Below, piece after piece: positions 17,493 through 27,389 of a stretch of DNA of 64,000 nt. Origin of the DNA: a virus; the IMG/VR virus record IMGVR_UViG_3300046780_000733. The stretch is one strand, 5' to 3'. Both the position numbers and the translations under genes were made by a program. A model generated the notes under the pieces. It worked only from the letters and a program-made list of their open reading frames with translations. It was not told the DNA's origin and did not search any database. Each line of letters begins with the position of its first letter. Within the stretch, counting starts at the first letter, position 1.

Positions 17493-18365
17493 TTATCGCA
17501 GCCGCGACGCCTGTGTCAAGGCTTGTCTGATCGCGGCGGCGAAATCCTTCCTTGAAGCGTTGGCCTTGGACAATGTCACCTCGACGGTTCCGTTCTCCAC
17601 GTCGTAGGCAACCTTGGACGTTCTGGCGAGACTCTTGCGTCCGAGAGCCGCGGTCTCGGCGACGATCTGTTCGGTCCCACCCCCCTGCTCTGCCAGTTTC
17701 TCAGCTATCTCGGGTTCCACGCGGGCCAATGCAACGCCGGCCTGGACGGAGATCTTGCCCTGGGCGACCTTACGCTGCACAGACTTCGGCGCCTCAAGCA
17801 GGCTCAACATCCTAGACACATGCCCCTTGGAGAGCCCGAGTTCCTGAGCCAGATGGTCCTGGGTCCAGTTGGTCATGTCCAAGAGTCGTCGCATCCCGGC
17901 GGCTTGCTCGATCGCGGTCAGGTCGGCGCGGAGGCAGTTCTCGACGAGCTGGTCACAGAGGTCATCGTCGTCGCCTCGGTTCGACACCTCGATCACTGGG
18001 ATCGTCGCCATCCCCAGTAACCCAGCGGCTCGCCATCGGCGTTCGCCAGAGACGATCACCCACGCGTTCTTCACGTCGTCAAACCTGACCCGGATCGGCT
18101 GCAAGACCCCGCGCGACTTGATCGACTCGGCGAGCCGATGGGTCGCCTCGGAGTCGAACTCCTTCCGAGGCTGCGAGGGATCGGGGATCACCCGAGAAAC
18201 CGGCACTTGCATCGCCCCCGGCAGGCGCGACGTGTCCTTGAGCCTATCCTGTACGTTGGGACGGATCTTGATCGCGGCCCGGTTCTCTCGTGTGTCATCG
18301 CGCATCGACTCATCGATGTGGTCACCGTACTGCAACCTCAGTCTCGCTGACTTTGTCGAACTCAT
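17493..18365 (-). CDS. parB: ParB/Spo0J partition protein
   Basis: QPRK.F, GVLQPI.V, IVSGERRWRAA, ENCLRADL, HTH. Confidence 0.93.
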   Translation of the reverse strand: MSSTKSARLRLQYGDHIDESMRDDTRENRAAIKIRPNVQDRLKDTSRLPGAMQVPVSRVIPDPSQPRKEFDSEATHRLAESIKSRGVLQPIRVRFDDVKNAWVIVSGERRWRAAGLLGMATIPVIEVSNRGDDDDLCDQLVENCLRADLTAIEQAAGMRRLLDMTNWTQDHLAQELGLSKGHVSRMLSLLEAPKSVQRKVAQGKISVQAGVALARVEPEIAEKLAEQGGGTEQIVAETAALGRKSLARTSKVAYDVENGTVEVTLSKANASRKDFAAAIRQALTQASRLR

Positions 18366-19153
18366 GCCGCCACCACCCCTATCGCCAATCTTTGCTGGAT
18401 CTCGTCGGCCAGCGATTCAAACACTTTACCAGCCGGCGATCGTGGACGGAAGTGAGAGATCGGCTTCCTGGCCGCCACCGCTTCTTTGTACGCGCTGAGC
18501 AGCGGGACACGGGTCGAGAACACGAGTCCACCGTAGATCTCGGTGAGGCGGTCGGCGTAGGCGTGGTGGATGGAGAGACGCTGATCGAACAAGGAAAGCA
18601 GATACCCAAGAACCAACGGTGACCCGTGCTCGATTGCCACGGATCGGATTGCCCGGCCCACAGCAACCAACCCCTGGGCACCGAAATCTTCCGGAGCAAG
18701 CGGGACCACAACATGATCTGCTGCGCGGATCGCCGCGTAGGTGCAGAGATGAAGATTGGGCGGCGTGTCGATGATGCAGAAATCGAAGTCGCTGTGGATC
18801 TCCTGGAGCACCGAACGGATCGACTCCGTACGCTGCCCCCACTGATCCCTTGGGAGCATGTTAGATGTGGCGGCGTCCTGGTGGCCTGGAATGAGCCACA
18901 GGCGGCTCATGTGTGCTGGGGCTATGATTCGCTCAGGCAGCGGATCTGACTCGTAGCAGGCGGCCACAGAGGCTTCAGGATCAAGGTCGCGGAACGCCGC
19001 AGGACCGAACAGACCTTGGGTGAGCGATCCCTGGGGATCTGCATCAACCCAAAGAACGCGGGAGCCACGCGCTGCCAGCGTGCCGCCGATGTGGAACGTG
19101 GTGCTCGTCTTGGCGCTGCCGCCCTTGAGATTCACAACGGCTATCGTCTGCAT
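18362..19153 (-). CDS. parA: ParA/Soj ATPase
   Basis: NLKGGSAKTST, DADPQGSLT, IDTPP. Confidence 0.93.
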   Translation of the reverse strand: MQTIAVVNLKGGSAKTSTTFHIGGTLAARGSRVLWVDADPQGSLTQGLFGPAAFRDLDPEASVAACYESDPLPERIIAPAHMSRLWLIPGHQDAATSNMLPRDQWGQRTESIRSVLQEIHSDFDFCIIDTPPNLHLCTYAAIRAADHVVVPLAPEDFGAQGLVAVGRAIRSVAIEHGSPLVLGYLLSLFDQRLSIHHAYADRLTEIYGGLVFSTRVPLLSAYKEAVAARKPISHFRPRSPAGKVFESLADEIQQRLAIGVVAA

Positions 19154-19212
19154 CCCTGCCCTCCGATCCACGGACTTACCTGTCTTAGGATCGGCAGGAC
19201 TGGGCAGGAACT

Positions 19213-19608
19213 TTACTCGGACGGGGGACTGAACGATCTGGCGTCGGCAAAACATTCACTCACACGTTGTGGCGACGGGGAAGGCTCGAACTCGGCCTTG
19301 AGTTTCAGGTACTGCTCATGCCTGGCCATTCGGCTCGCCTCCAGTTCCCTGGCCTCCCTGGAATCTCGGCACGCCTGGACCTCTTCCTTGGTGAAGAATC
19401 CATCGTCAACGAGCCACTTGTTCTCGATGGCGTCATAGACCTTGAAATTGAATCCGTCTTCGACGAACGCGCCTTCACTCCAATTCGGAGAAGCGCTCAG
19501 GCGAACGTACGTTCCGTCGTCGAAAACAAACACCACTTCGTCTACTGGCTCGCGGACAGACTTGATCGTCTTGCCGGCACAATCCTCGAAGTCGATCCTC
19601 TTGAACAC
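19213..19608 (-). CDS. Hypothetical protein
   Basis: AAGGAG RBS; YLKLKAEFE motif. Confidence 0.65.
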   Translation of the reverse strand: MFKRIDFEDCAGKTIKSVREPVDEVVFVFDDGTYVRLSASPNWSEGAFVEDGFNFKVYDAIENKWLVDDGFFTKEEVQACRDSREARELEASRMARHEQYLKLKAEFEPSPSPQRVSECFADARSFSPPSE

Positions 19609-19763
19609 ATCTGTCTCCTTTGCAGCGATAAAACCAGCGGGCTCACGCTCAGCCAGGGGAAACCCTTGGGACTCCTGGCCTTGTTACCGGTCGGCCAATT
19701 GCTTGTTTATAGCAGGTTGGTTACTGCTGCCGCCAGATCAGCGTGAGCCCGCCGATGTCTGCG

Positions 19764-20135
19764 TTATCCGAGTTTCAGTTTCTCGATCGCCTCTCCGACG
19801 CTCTTGACGCGAGTCAGCCAATTATCGAACATCATGTAGCTCTGGCTGAGCCCGATCGCCACCACGGGCTTGCCGCGGCCCAGGGCGAAGCCGACGTGGA
19901 TACCCTGGGTGAAACTCACCATGGGACCTACGGTGTGGGAGACGACTGCCTCGGAGTCATCGATGTGCTGGAACGATCGATGCGCGGAGACGGCGCGGTC
20001 CAGGTCGGTGCGGCCGACGTCATCGACGGGTTCCTTGTCGTTCCAATCAGAGACGATCTCATGGCCGGAGGCGGTTAGAGCATCGATGGTCTTGCTGGCG
20101 ACCATGTAATCGTTAGCGGTGACAAAAATCTTCAA
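19764..20135 (-). CDS. Nucleoside 2-deoxyribosyltransferase-like protein
   Basis: GHEIVSDW, IDDSEAVV, GFALGRGKPV. Confidence 0.55.
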   Translation of the reverse strand: MKIFVTANDYMVASKTIDALTASGHEIVSDWNDKEPVDDVGRTDLDRAVSAHRSFQHIDDSEAVVSHTVGPMVSFTQGIHVGFALGRGKPVVAIGLSQSYMMFDNWLTRVKSVGEAIEKLKLG

Positions 20136-20148
20136 CGGCGTTCTCCTG

Positions 20149-20427
20149 TCAGTAAGTCCGACCACTGATGCCGCCACATCGGCGCATCAACCGCATCGAG
20201 AATCCCGGGGCAGCGACGACGTAATCGGTTGGACCAACTCGACGGCTCTCGATGAAACCTTCGCGGAGCGTGGTCAGCCATAGTTGTTCGCCGATCTCAG
20301 TCTTGGCGATGACCTCGATCCTGTCCACCACGTAGTGTCCGGTCACGAAATCTAGGCCCATGAATGCCAATGCACCCACGGTGTCGAAGAAGATGATCAT
20401 TGCGACCAAGAGTAGTTCGCGCTTCAT
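20149..20427 (-). CDS. Membrane hypothetical protein
   Basis: N-terminal TM, coupled start. Confidence 0.55.
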   Translation of the reverse strand: MKRELLLVAMIIFFDTVGALAFMGLDFVTGHYVVDRIEVIAKTEIGEQLWLTTLREGFIESRRVGPTDYVVAAPGFSMRLMRRCGGISGRTY

Positions 20428-20573
20428 GGCCTGAGCACCTCGTCGGCTATCGCCGCCAGCCCGATCATGGAACCGACGACCATCAAAGACACGCCGATAG
20501 CAGTCCACACCCCGCAGGTTCCAGCGATCAATCCGCTCCCAGCAACCATCACCACGACACACAGAGTATTCAT
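20424..20573 (-). CDS. 49-aa hydrophobic peptide (not in ORF track)
   Basis: GAGGAGG RBS; MNTLCVVVMVAGSGLIAGTCGVWTAIGVSLMVVGSMIGLAAIADEVLRP; ATGA coupling. Confidence 0.55.
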   Translation of the reverse strand: MNTLCVVVMVAGSGLIAGTCGVWTAIGVSLMVVGSMIGLAAIADEVLRP

Positions 20574-20649
20574 GCGCGGCCTCCTCAGTTGATCACGTAG
20601 CCGCGATCTTCAAGATGCTTGGTCACGTCCACCATCTCCTTGGACACGA

Positions 20650-21147
20650 TTAGCAGATCGAGAACCCACTCGATTCGAGAGCCGGGTGAATCTCTTCCAT
20701 CATCCTCATGTTTACCTGGTTCTTGACCGACTCGTGGTACTCACCCTCATCCACCGGGTCCTTGTAATCTGGCGTGCCAGGAGCAACGCAGCCTGGACTG
20801 CGAAGCATGCCGCGATTGAGTTCGGGCCACATCGCCTCCGAGTGCATCGAGGCGAACAGTCCCCATGCGGCGTGAGCCAAGTGATCCTCGGATCGGTCAC
20901 CCGAGAGATACTCGTAGCAGTGGCGGATTGTTCGGTTGATGCAATCGGAAATAGCCATCCCTTTTTCCCAGTTCGCCCTTCCTCGCTTCTCTGCTCCCTC
21001 TGCGTACGTCTTGGCCAACCTCTTGAGGCCGATCGGCGAGATCAACTCGAAACGCTCGTCCTCGCCGTCAGCCGACCTCGACGCTCCTGTCGCATAAACC
21101 GTCGTATTGGAGACCCTGTCCACCGTCTGAACTGTTCCTCTGCTCAC
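20650..21147 (-). CDS. dATP/dGTP diphosphohydrolase domain protein (DUF5664)
   Basis: TGASRS, RFELISP..LKRLA..Y.EGAEK...NWEKG, RH, EDHLAHAAW. Confidence 0.85.
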   Translation of the reverse strand: MSRGTVQTVDRVSNTTVYATGASRSADGEDERFELISPIGLKRLAKTYAEGAEKRGRANWEKGMAISDCINRTIRHCYEYLSGDRSEDHLAHAAWGLFASMHSEAMWPELNRGMLRSPGCVAPGTPDYKDPVDEGEYHESVKNQVNMRMMEEIHPALESSGFSIC

Positions 21148-21903
21148 GGTCGCTTCTCCCGAGGTAGTCTATGGCATCTCTGAGACAACAAATGCTGTCT
21201 CCGAATGCCCCAAGGCCAACATTGCACCTGACACAAAGAATCCCCCTTACCCTTCCAGTCTCGTGGTCGTGATCGACTGCTGGTCGGAGCGAGCAGTTAC
21301 TGTCGCTGCAACTCAAGTTCCTCTTGCAGATCTCGCAGCAGCCATTGGACCGCTCAAGCATATCATCGTAATCCTGAACAGTGATTCCATATCGCTTGAC
21401 TAGATTCCATTTCCTGCGATAGACTGCCATCTTCTCTTTGTAATCTGGCCTCCCCCTGTACTCTTTATGCTTCTGAGCAATCAACTCTTTGTGCTTGTCG
21501 TAGTACCTTCTCTTGGATCGGCGAAGCAGATCTGGGTTCGTGCCCTTCTTCTTGGATACCCTGTCGCCAACACAGTCTTTGCAAATAGCGCTTCTGCCAG
21601 TCCAGTTTTTCTTCCTTGCGTAGAAACAATAGGCCGGCTTCTCCAGGGCGCATGTTTTGCAAACAATGAATTCCGGCAAAACCTCTGGCCGTTGAATCCT
21701 GTTGTTCTCCCTAAGCGTATCGCGCCTCTGGCATCCGCAAGACCCCGTGGCTCCGGTTCTCAGTGAGGCACCGAGAACGACACACTGTTTGCCGCAGTCG
21801 CAAGTGCAATCCCACGTGATCTGGCGGTGCTTGTTTCTTCCATGAATTCCCGCCACAAGCAGCTTATTGAACCGCTTGCCGGTCATATCAACTATTGCCG
21901 ACA
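21068..21903 (-). CDS. Endonuclease VII-family (homing-type) endonuclease
   Basis: DMTGKRF..W.C.CDCG N-terminus; YGIT..Y..M, C.IC, VDHDH.TG.VRG.LC..CN..LG. Confidence 0.9.
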
Positions 21904-23529
21904 CTATTTCACTCCATGCCAATTGTAATACAGGAAATTACAGTCATCCACGAGATGCCCGCGACCTCGGAGATCGACCATCGCCTTAACCACAAGATCT
22001 GGATCAATGAACCTATGTGTGGTCAGCCAGTGCCCTACCCACCCGATCCGTCTCGGTGCCTCGACGAGCAAACCGATGATCTCATCCTCGACATCCTTCA
22101 CCGACACCTGCTTGTCTCCTATGGTCTCGGAGACAGGGGGCGTAGAACCCACGTACTGCCAATGATCGTCGTAAGATTCGATCGATCCGCTGTGATGAAG
22201 CCAGCGGATCACCGAATTGTAAAGGTTTGGGGCAACCCCGGCTGCGTCGCACACCCACTTCCTGAGCCACCGCATGTCTCGCGGAGCCTCTTTGAGAAGA
22301 CCCAGAATGTAGTCTTCGACTTCATTCACCGACATGGGCATCTCGCCCTCTTCGTCCTCGGTGAACTCATCGGGGTGCTCGGTGACTTCTGGTTTTCGGT
22401 CATCCCAGCATAACGAGAACGACTCTGGAATCTTGACCGAGACCGTGACAACACCATCGTGATGCACTGTCGGCACAGGCTTGTTAGCCTCGGCCTCTTT
22501 GTCGAGCCGACTGATCTCGTCGGCGAGCATGTCGCGTGCCTCTTCAATCCTCCCCCATCCAGGAACGCCGTCGTTCTCGTAGATGAGGTCAATGATGGAA
22601 CGAAATGGCTCGGGTTCGTGATCCAGGACAAGTCCGATATCTGGGGGCAGACAGAGAGAATTCGGAACCTTGCGGCTCTTGATCTCTCGATCGAGATACC
22701 AGAGTCCCTTCCTGAGATTCTGAACCATGTTGTCCTTGCTGTCACGTCGCCAGATGTATTTTAGGCAGTTCCCGAGAGCGAACGACATGTGCTCGGCATA
22801 GTCGATGCACTCCTTGCCGGACTCGTGGCTCACGTAGTGCTTCGGCCGATTCACCGGGTCGAAGTTTCCGTCGGAAACCTCGGGGGAGACGGCGGGCAAC
22901 TCGACCACCTTCTTGGGCCTGATCTGCTTCTTGGCCTCGCAGACTTCGACGGCGTCACCGCGACTGATGTCGGAGACCGCCTCGTAGTATTCGTCGCCGG
23001 GCAGGTTCCCGAAACGCTCCTGAATCCAGTCGCCTGAGCGTGTGTTTAGATATCCGCGTTTTCCTGCGAAAATGTCTCCGCAGGCGACGAATCTCTCCAC
23101 CCACTCCTCGGGCTCGTCTGGCTTGACTCGATAAAAAGATGGGGGATTCAGAAAGAGCGGACTCGGATCGCAGTCAACCCACTCCTCTGGGTCAATCATA
23201 ATCTGAATCGTCTTGCCGCCGTCATGAGCAGCCTTCAACTCCGCGTAGGGATCGAATCGGCGACCATCAGATGTCACCATGTCGCCAACCTCAAGATCCT
23301 CGGCAGCGATGACCTGGGTAGACTCGGGCTTGACGCGGTATTTATCTGGAGTGGCATCAAATCTGTACTCGTTGCGGGCTTCCCAAGAAGAGTTTGCGCC
23401 GTACTTGTGCTCGACTGTCTTTCCTTCGGCAAACGCCTGGATCACAGGCAGCAATTGCTTCGCTTCATCACGGGTCATCGGGGTCCTCTTTGGGCGGTGG
23501 CTCGCCACGCAGTTCTTCGAGAGAGCCAC
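21904..23529 (-). CDS. Multidomain protein with DUF3310 domain
   Basis: DPVNRPKHY..ECID..GNCLKYIWR...K...NLRKGLWYL. Confidence 0.8.
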   Translation of the reverse strand: MALSKNCVASHRPKRTPMTRDEAKQLLPVIQAFAEGKTVEHKYGANSSWEARNEYRFDATPDKYRVKPESTQVIAAEDLEVGDMVTSDGRRFDPYAELKAAHDGGKTIQIMIDPEEWVDCDPSPLFLNPPSFYRVKPDEPEEWVERFVACGDIFAGKRGYLNTRSGDWIQERFGNLPGDEYYEAVSDISRGDAVEVCEAKKQIRPKKVVELPAVSPEVSDGNFDPVNRPKHYVSHESGKECIDYAEHMSFALGNCLKYIWRRDSKDNMVQNLRKGLWYLDREIKSRKVPNSLCLPPDIGLVLDHEPEPFRSIIDLIYENDGVPGWGRIEEARDMLADEISRLDKEAEANKPVPTVHHDGVVTVSVKIPESFSLCWDDRKPEVTEHPDEFTEDEEGEMPMSVNEVEDYILGLLKEAPRDMRWLRKWVCDAAGVAPNLYNSVIRWLHHSGSIESYDDHWQYVGSTPPVSETIGDKQVSVKDVEDEIIGLLVEAPRRIGWVGHWLTTHRFIDPDLVVKAMVDLRGRGHLVDDCNFLYYNWHGVK

Positions 23530-23920
23530 CGCGCCGCTTCATGATGTTCTTGTAGATTTCCTTGGTAACATCCGACTGTTTTGATTCGGGCTGCACGGGT
23601 GCCACTGGCTCGGCTTTGGCCGGCGGTGACGCCGGTTCTGGCTCGCACTCGAACCACTGCCACGGGCCGACGAACATCCTCTTGATTCGCTCAACCTTGC
23701 GGTCAAGCACTTCGGGGTCGATCCCCTCCGTGTAGACCATGAACTTGTCCTGGTTCACGTGCCACGCGACCATCGACAGGCGCAGGCTGATATCGTTCAC
23801 GGTGATGCCGTCGATGCACATGCCGGGGATCGGTGGGAACGGCATGGATATCTCCAGGAGTCCGTCCACCGCCCGATCCCGGCCTTCAATGTGAACGTGA
23901 ATCACCGTAGCGTACGACAT
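23468..23920 (-). CDS. Hypothetical protein
   Basis: GGAGG RBS; operon position. Confidence 0.6.
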   Translation of the reverse strand: MSYATVIHVHIEGRDRAVDGLLEISMPFPPIPGMCIDGITVNDISLRLSMVAWHVNQDKFMVYTEGIDPEVLDRKVERIKRMFVGPWQWFECEPEPASPPAKAEPVAPVQPESKQSDVTKEIYKNIMKRRGGSLEELRGEPPPKEDPDDP

Positions 23921-23933
23921 CTCGCGCCTCCGC

Positions 23934-24434
23934 TCAGTTCGAGTCGTCGATTTCCCAGCCGTCGCTGAGAAGCCGGTCCCGGAACTCGCCGACCTTGAGG
24001 TCGGTGTAGCAGGACACCACCGGCAGGCAGAACGAGTAAGCGTTCTGCGTCACGTGCGAGACCACGACGGTGAGTTCGTCCTCGGTGCTCGGCTTGCCCT
24101 CTTCGTGCACACAGGGCAGTATCGCCAGACTCTGGTCGCAGTGCGGCTGCGCCAGCAGGGGCACCTTCTTTGTCGCCATCGAATCCGAAAACTCGATCTC
24201 GACCGAAACCGGGTGCACGATTATCAACGGCCCCTGACCCCGAACGCATTCCGGGTAGTCACAGTCGCAGTCGTCGCACGAAGATTCGTCGTCGTCAAGG
24301 TCCTCGGCCTCGCATTCGTCATCGCTGGGCAGCAGGGAGTCGGCTAGGAGTCTCGCCGAACTCGACTGCACGGACAGAATGAGCAGCTCCAGGACGATCA
24401 TCGCGCACATCAGAACCACAATCAGCGTTTCCAT
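23934..24434 (-). CDS. Hypothetical protein, N-terminal TM and acidic Cys-rich linker
   Basis: AAGGAG RBS. Confidence 0.6.
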   Translation of the reverse strand: METLIVVLMCAMIVLELLILSVQSSSARLLADSLLPSDDECEAEDLDDDESSCDDCDCDYPECVRGQGPLIIVHPVSVEIEFSDSMATKKVPLLAQPHCDQSLAILPCVHEEGKPSTEDELTVVVSHVTQNAYSFCLPVVSCYTDLKVGEFRDRLLSDGWEIDDSN

Positions 24435-24437
24435 TGA

Positions 24438-25049
24438 TCAACTCTCCTTTGGGTTTCGAGACTTCTTTCTTCCAACCATTCGCGAGCCATCCTCGCGTGT
24501 CTTCCTCACATGATCCGGAAAGCACAGGATTTGCAGATTGCTCATTTCAAAATATGAGCCGCCTATACTTACCGGGAGGACATGATCAACATCGAATGCA
24601 TCACGGCCGACGCAATGGTTTTCAAGATGCCACCGATACGCATAAACAGCCTGCTTCTCCCAGAACTCCGACGTCCACGGCCTGCCATCTCCATCGACGG
24701 CAACCTGTGGTTTCCACCGCTTCCACTCCGGCTCCTTGGCTCCCCGTTCGATCTTGTTTGCGTAGGCGAGCTGCTTCTCGCACCACCATGGCTCGACCAT
24801 CAGGATGTCGAGTCCGCACTTCTCACACCGTCCGTGACGACGCTTGAACAACTCTTGCCTGAGATATTTCCAGTCAGTGCTCAGTTTCCATTGTTCGACA
24901 CAGTTCGCCGAGCAGAACGTCCGACGGGGAGAATCCACTCGACCACGGCAGAAACGACATGATCGCTTGCCATTCTCCGGGTGAATGAACGGCTCGACGG
25001 CATCGAGATGGAATCCCAATGGCTTGGGTGGGCGTCGCCGTGCCATCAA
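24438..25049 (-). CDS. HNH endonuclease
   Basis: CRFC..FCS..C; CEKCG; DVDHVLPVSIGG...NLQILC..DH..KT. Confidence 0.85.
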   Translation of the reverse strand: MMARRRPPKPLGFHLDAVEPFIHPENGKRSCRFCRGRVDSPRRTFCSANCVEQWKLSTDWKYLRQELFKRRHGRCEKCGLDILMVEPWWCEKQLAYANKIERGAKEPEWKRWKPQVAVDGDGRPWTSEFWEKQAVYAYRWHLENHCVGRDAFDVDHVLPVSIGGSYFEMSNLQILCFPDHVRKTREDGSRMVGRKKSRNPKES

Positions 25050-25414
25050 TTCCCGCTCCGGAAACTTCGCATCTTGATTCGTCTGGGCTCGAACTCAACA
25101 TGCCATTCGAGGTCGCCGTCGAAACTGACAAACACCCCATCCACTCCCTCCCATCGCAGTCGTCGCATCGAGCAAACCATTCGACGTTCACCGAGGGCCA
25201 GCACGAACCTATTGATCGACCCGAACACATCTCCGCCGCGGGGGCAGAGCACATCCGCCCTGAATCCGGAGTCGAGCAGGCAGGCTCTGACCACGAAGGT
25301 ACTGGCCCCCATGGTGACCGAGATGGATTCAGTCGGACGCACGATCTCGTGGTACAGCATCACTGGCTCCTGGCGACGGGGTTGATCCCGACACCATTCG
25401 CTTCTTTTTGGCAA
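25046..25414 (-). CDS. Hypothetical protein
   Basis: Fills the gap; coupled to the HNH gene. Confidence 0.45.
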   Translation of the reverse strand: MPKRSEWCRDQPRRQEPVMLYHEIVRPTESISVTMGASTFVVRACLLDSGFRADVLCPRGGDVFGSINRFVLALGERRMVCSMRRLRWEGVDGVFVSFDGDLEWHVEFEPRRIKMRSFRSGN

Positions 25415-26303
25415 TCAGCATATCCAGGGTGTCGCCGTTCTCTCCGCCGTCGAGCCCGGCGAACACGCGGAGCTTGCGAATGGCCCTCCAGCCGATCTTG
25501 CTGGCCTGATACCCGGCAAGATTCATCTCGGCTCCGATATGAATCCAGGATGGCTCGCGGCCACAGGGGACGCCCTCCGTGGCGACGAACCCGAATCTCC
25601 GGTAGAGGATGAACCGCTCCTGCTCGGAGAGGTTTTCCATGAGGCGCATCAGCCACTCGACTTCGTCTCGGTCGTCCACCTTGTGCTGATCGCCTTCGAC
25701 GGTACAGGTGACCACGAAATTCCCCTCGTGTCTATCCCAGTCATCCTCGAACCCGCTAGGCGTCCTCTGGGCGCCAGGATAGAAGAGCGGCTGCCCCTCT
25801 TTCCCGAACGCATCGATGAGCATAGACGCTGTACTGAGCCCCTTGCCGGTGGCTTCCATGATCGCGGCCTCATTTCCTTTCTTGATCTCGATGCCGCGAC
25901 ACTTCGAGTGCAGCGAGTGCAGGTAATCTGGCTTCCTCACAGGTTCTCCGAATCGCATCGAACCCCTGTGGACGAAGTTCCTGATCCAATATGATGCGTA
26001 CGTCGAAAACTTGACGCCGAACCTGTCCGGGTCGTATTTGTCCACCGCACGATAGAGGCCGCGAATGCCCTCCATGATCGCGTCGTCTCGGTCATAGGCC
26101 GCGCTGAATCTGGCCCCGCGGGAGGCGATCTGGATCACGAGACGAATATTGGCCTCGACGAGTTTCCTCTTGGCATCTTCGTCGCCGGATTTGATCCTGG
26201 CGACAAGCGCGATCTCCTCGTCCCTCGAAAGCAGCGGCTCACTGGTTATCAACCTGTGATCGCGCGTTCGATTCCTGCGTTTTGAATTGAGCTGCGACTT
26301 CAA
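25329..26303 (-). CDS. Sigma-70 family RNA polymerase sigma factor (RpoD/RpoS-like)
   Basis: LLSRDEE..L, LVEANIRLV, EG..GL..AVDKYDP, KFSTYASYWIR, region 4 RRFG. Confidence 0.9.
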   Translation of the reverse strand: MKSQLNSKRRNRTRDHRLITSEPLLSRDEEIALVARIKSGDEDAKRKLVEANIRLVIQIASRGARFSAAYDRDDAIMEGIRGLYRAVDKYDPDRFGVKFSTYASYWIRNFVHRGSMRFGEPVRKPDYLHSLHSKCRGIEIKKGNEAAIMEATGKGLSTASMLIDAFGKEGQPLFYPGAQRTPSGFEDDWDRHEGNFVVTCTVEGDQHKVDDRDEVEWLMRLMENLSEQERFILYRRFGFVATEGVPCGREPSWIHIGAEMNLAGYQASKIGWRAIRKLRVFAGLDGGENGDTLDMLIAKKKRMVSGSTPSPGASDAVPRDRASD

Positions 26304-26782
26304 ACTCCACCTCCGTGTAGCATGAGGCGGCCGAATTCTGCGAGGCAAACAGAATCTGCGATGTTGTGGTCGGGGACACGGCAACCAGGCTGGATCAGTT
26401 GTGCCGACGGGTACATTCGCCTGACGTAGTCGATGGCCGCATCCTTATCCTTCTTGGTCCCGGCGAGCACCAGTTTTTTCCACGCCTGCGGAGTCGGCAT
26501 CGCGAGAGGAATGCGAAGCGTGCGGATCACACCTTCGATTCGACCCAGGGTGCGACCGAACTGGAAAGACGAACTCACGCCTTGTTTCGGCATACTATGT
26601 ACACATTCTACGACTGCCAGACTCACGTTCCCAGCCATCGTGATGAGCTTGCAGATCGCCTCGCAATCAACGCCTTTTCCCGAGAGCGGCATCTTGTGGA
26701 CATCACAGATATTCACGCTACTACCAGGCCGAATAAAAGCGATCGCGCCGTCCTGCCCTGGATCAATACCCACTATCATCAT
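26300..26782 (-). CDS. RuvC-like Holliday junction resolvase
   Basis: GIDPG..GA, VE.VHSMPKQGVSSSF.FG, PQ.WKK, ADS. Confidence 0.85.
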   Translation of the reverse strand: MMIVGIDPGQDGAIAFIRPGSSVNICDVHKMPLSGKGVDCEAICKLITMAGNVSLAVVECVHSMPKQGVSSSFQFGRTLGRIEGVIRTLRIPLAMPTPQAWKKLVLAGTKKDKDAAIDYVRRMYPSAQLIQPGCRVPDHNIADSVCLAEFGRLMLHGGGV

Positions 26783-27389
26783 TGATTCCTTTGTCTTTGA
26801 GCCACATCTTGAGTTTCCTGAGCCCGCGGGTTCTGATCTTGATCAACCGCTCGTAGGTGACGCCAAGCCTGCGGGCCAACGCGGTCGGAGTGCATGGGTT
26901 GCCGTCGAGACCAAACAGTCCCTCGATGACCGCTTTCTCGATCTGAGTGAGCATCTCGACAGACTCTCTGGTCAACGCCACCGACTCTTCGTGCTCGGCG
27001 TGTTCAACCACAGGGTCACCCCCTAGGTTCGCCATCTTGTCGAGTACCGACGGCGACACGCACTTCATGTCCCTGAACCGCAACGCGTGGGCGCGGCGAG
27101 TCGATTTTGGCGGGGCCTCGGTCTTGTACAGGGCGTCAGAGGGAATCCTCGCTGGCCCCATGGATTCGGTAAGCACGTCGAGCATCCTGCCCTTCACTGA
27201 CTTGTACAGGTAGGTGCTTTCCTTGCTGAGATCCTTCTTGTACTTGCGCATCGACAGGATCACCTGCATCCTGCCCTCTTGTTCGAGGTCGGACCGATCC
27301 GCGATGCCTCGTCGGAACGACCTACAGAGATTGCCCGCGACTATGACGACCAACTTCTCGGCCTCTTCGTGCATCACTGGAGACACCAT
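26763..27389 (-). CDS. Second sigma-70-like factor
   Basis: DLEQEG, STYLY, region 4 VIEGLFGLDG...LARRLGVTYERL..I..RGL.KL. Confidence 0.8.
   Translation of the reverse strand: MVSPVMHEEAEKLVVIVAGNLCRSFRRGIADRSDLEQEGRMQVILSMRKYKKDLSKESTYLYKSVKGRMLDVLTESMGPARIPSDALYKTEAPPKSTRRAHALRFRDMKCVSPSVLDKMANLGGDPVVEHAEHEESVALTRESVEMLTQIEKAVIEGLFGLDGNPCTPTALARRLGVTYERLIKIRTRGLRKLKMWLKDKGINDDSGY

Noticed and set aside
19615-19720. Hairpin-rich leader upstream of the 19608/parA genes as a riboswitch or parS
   Set aside because: Only short GC stems, with no recognisable aptamer or repeated box.
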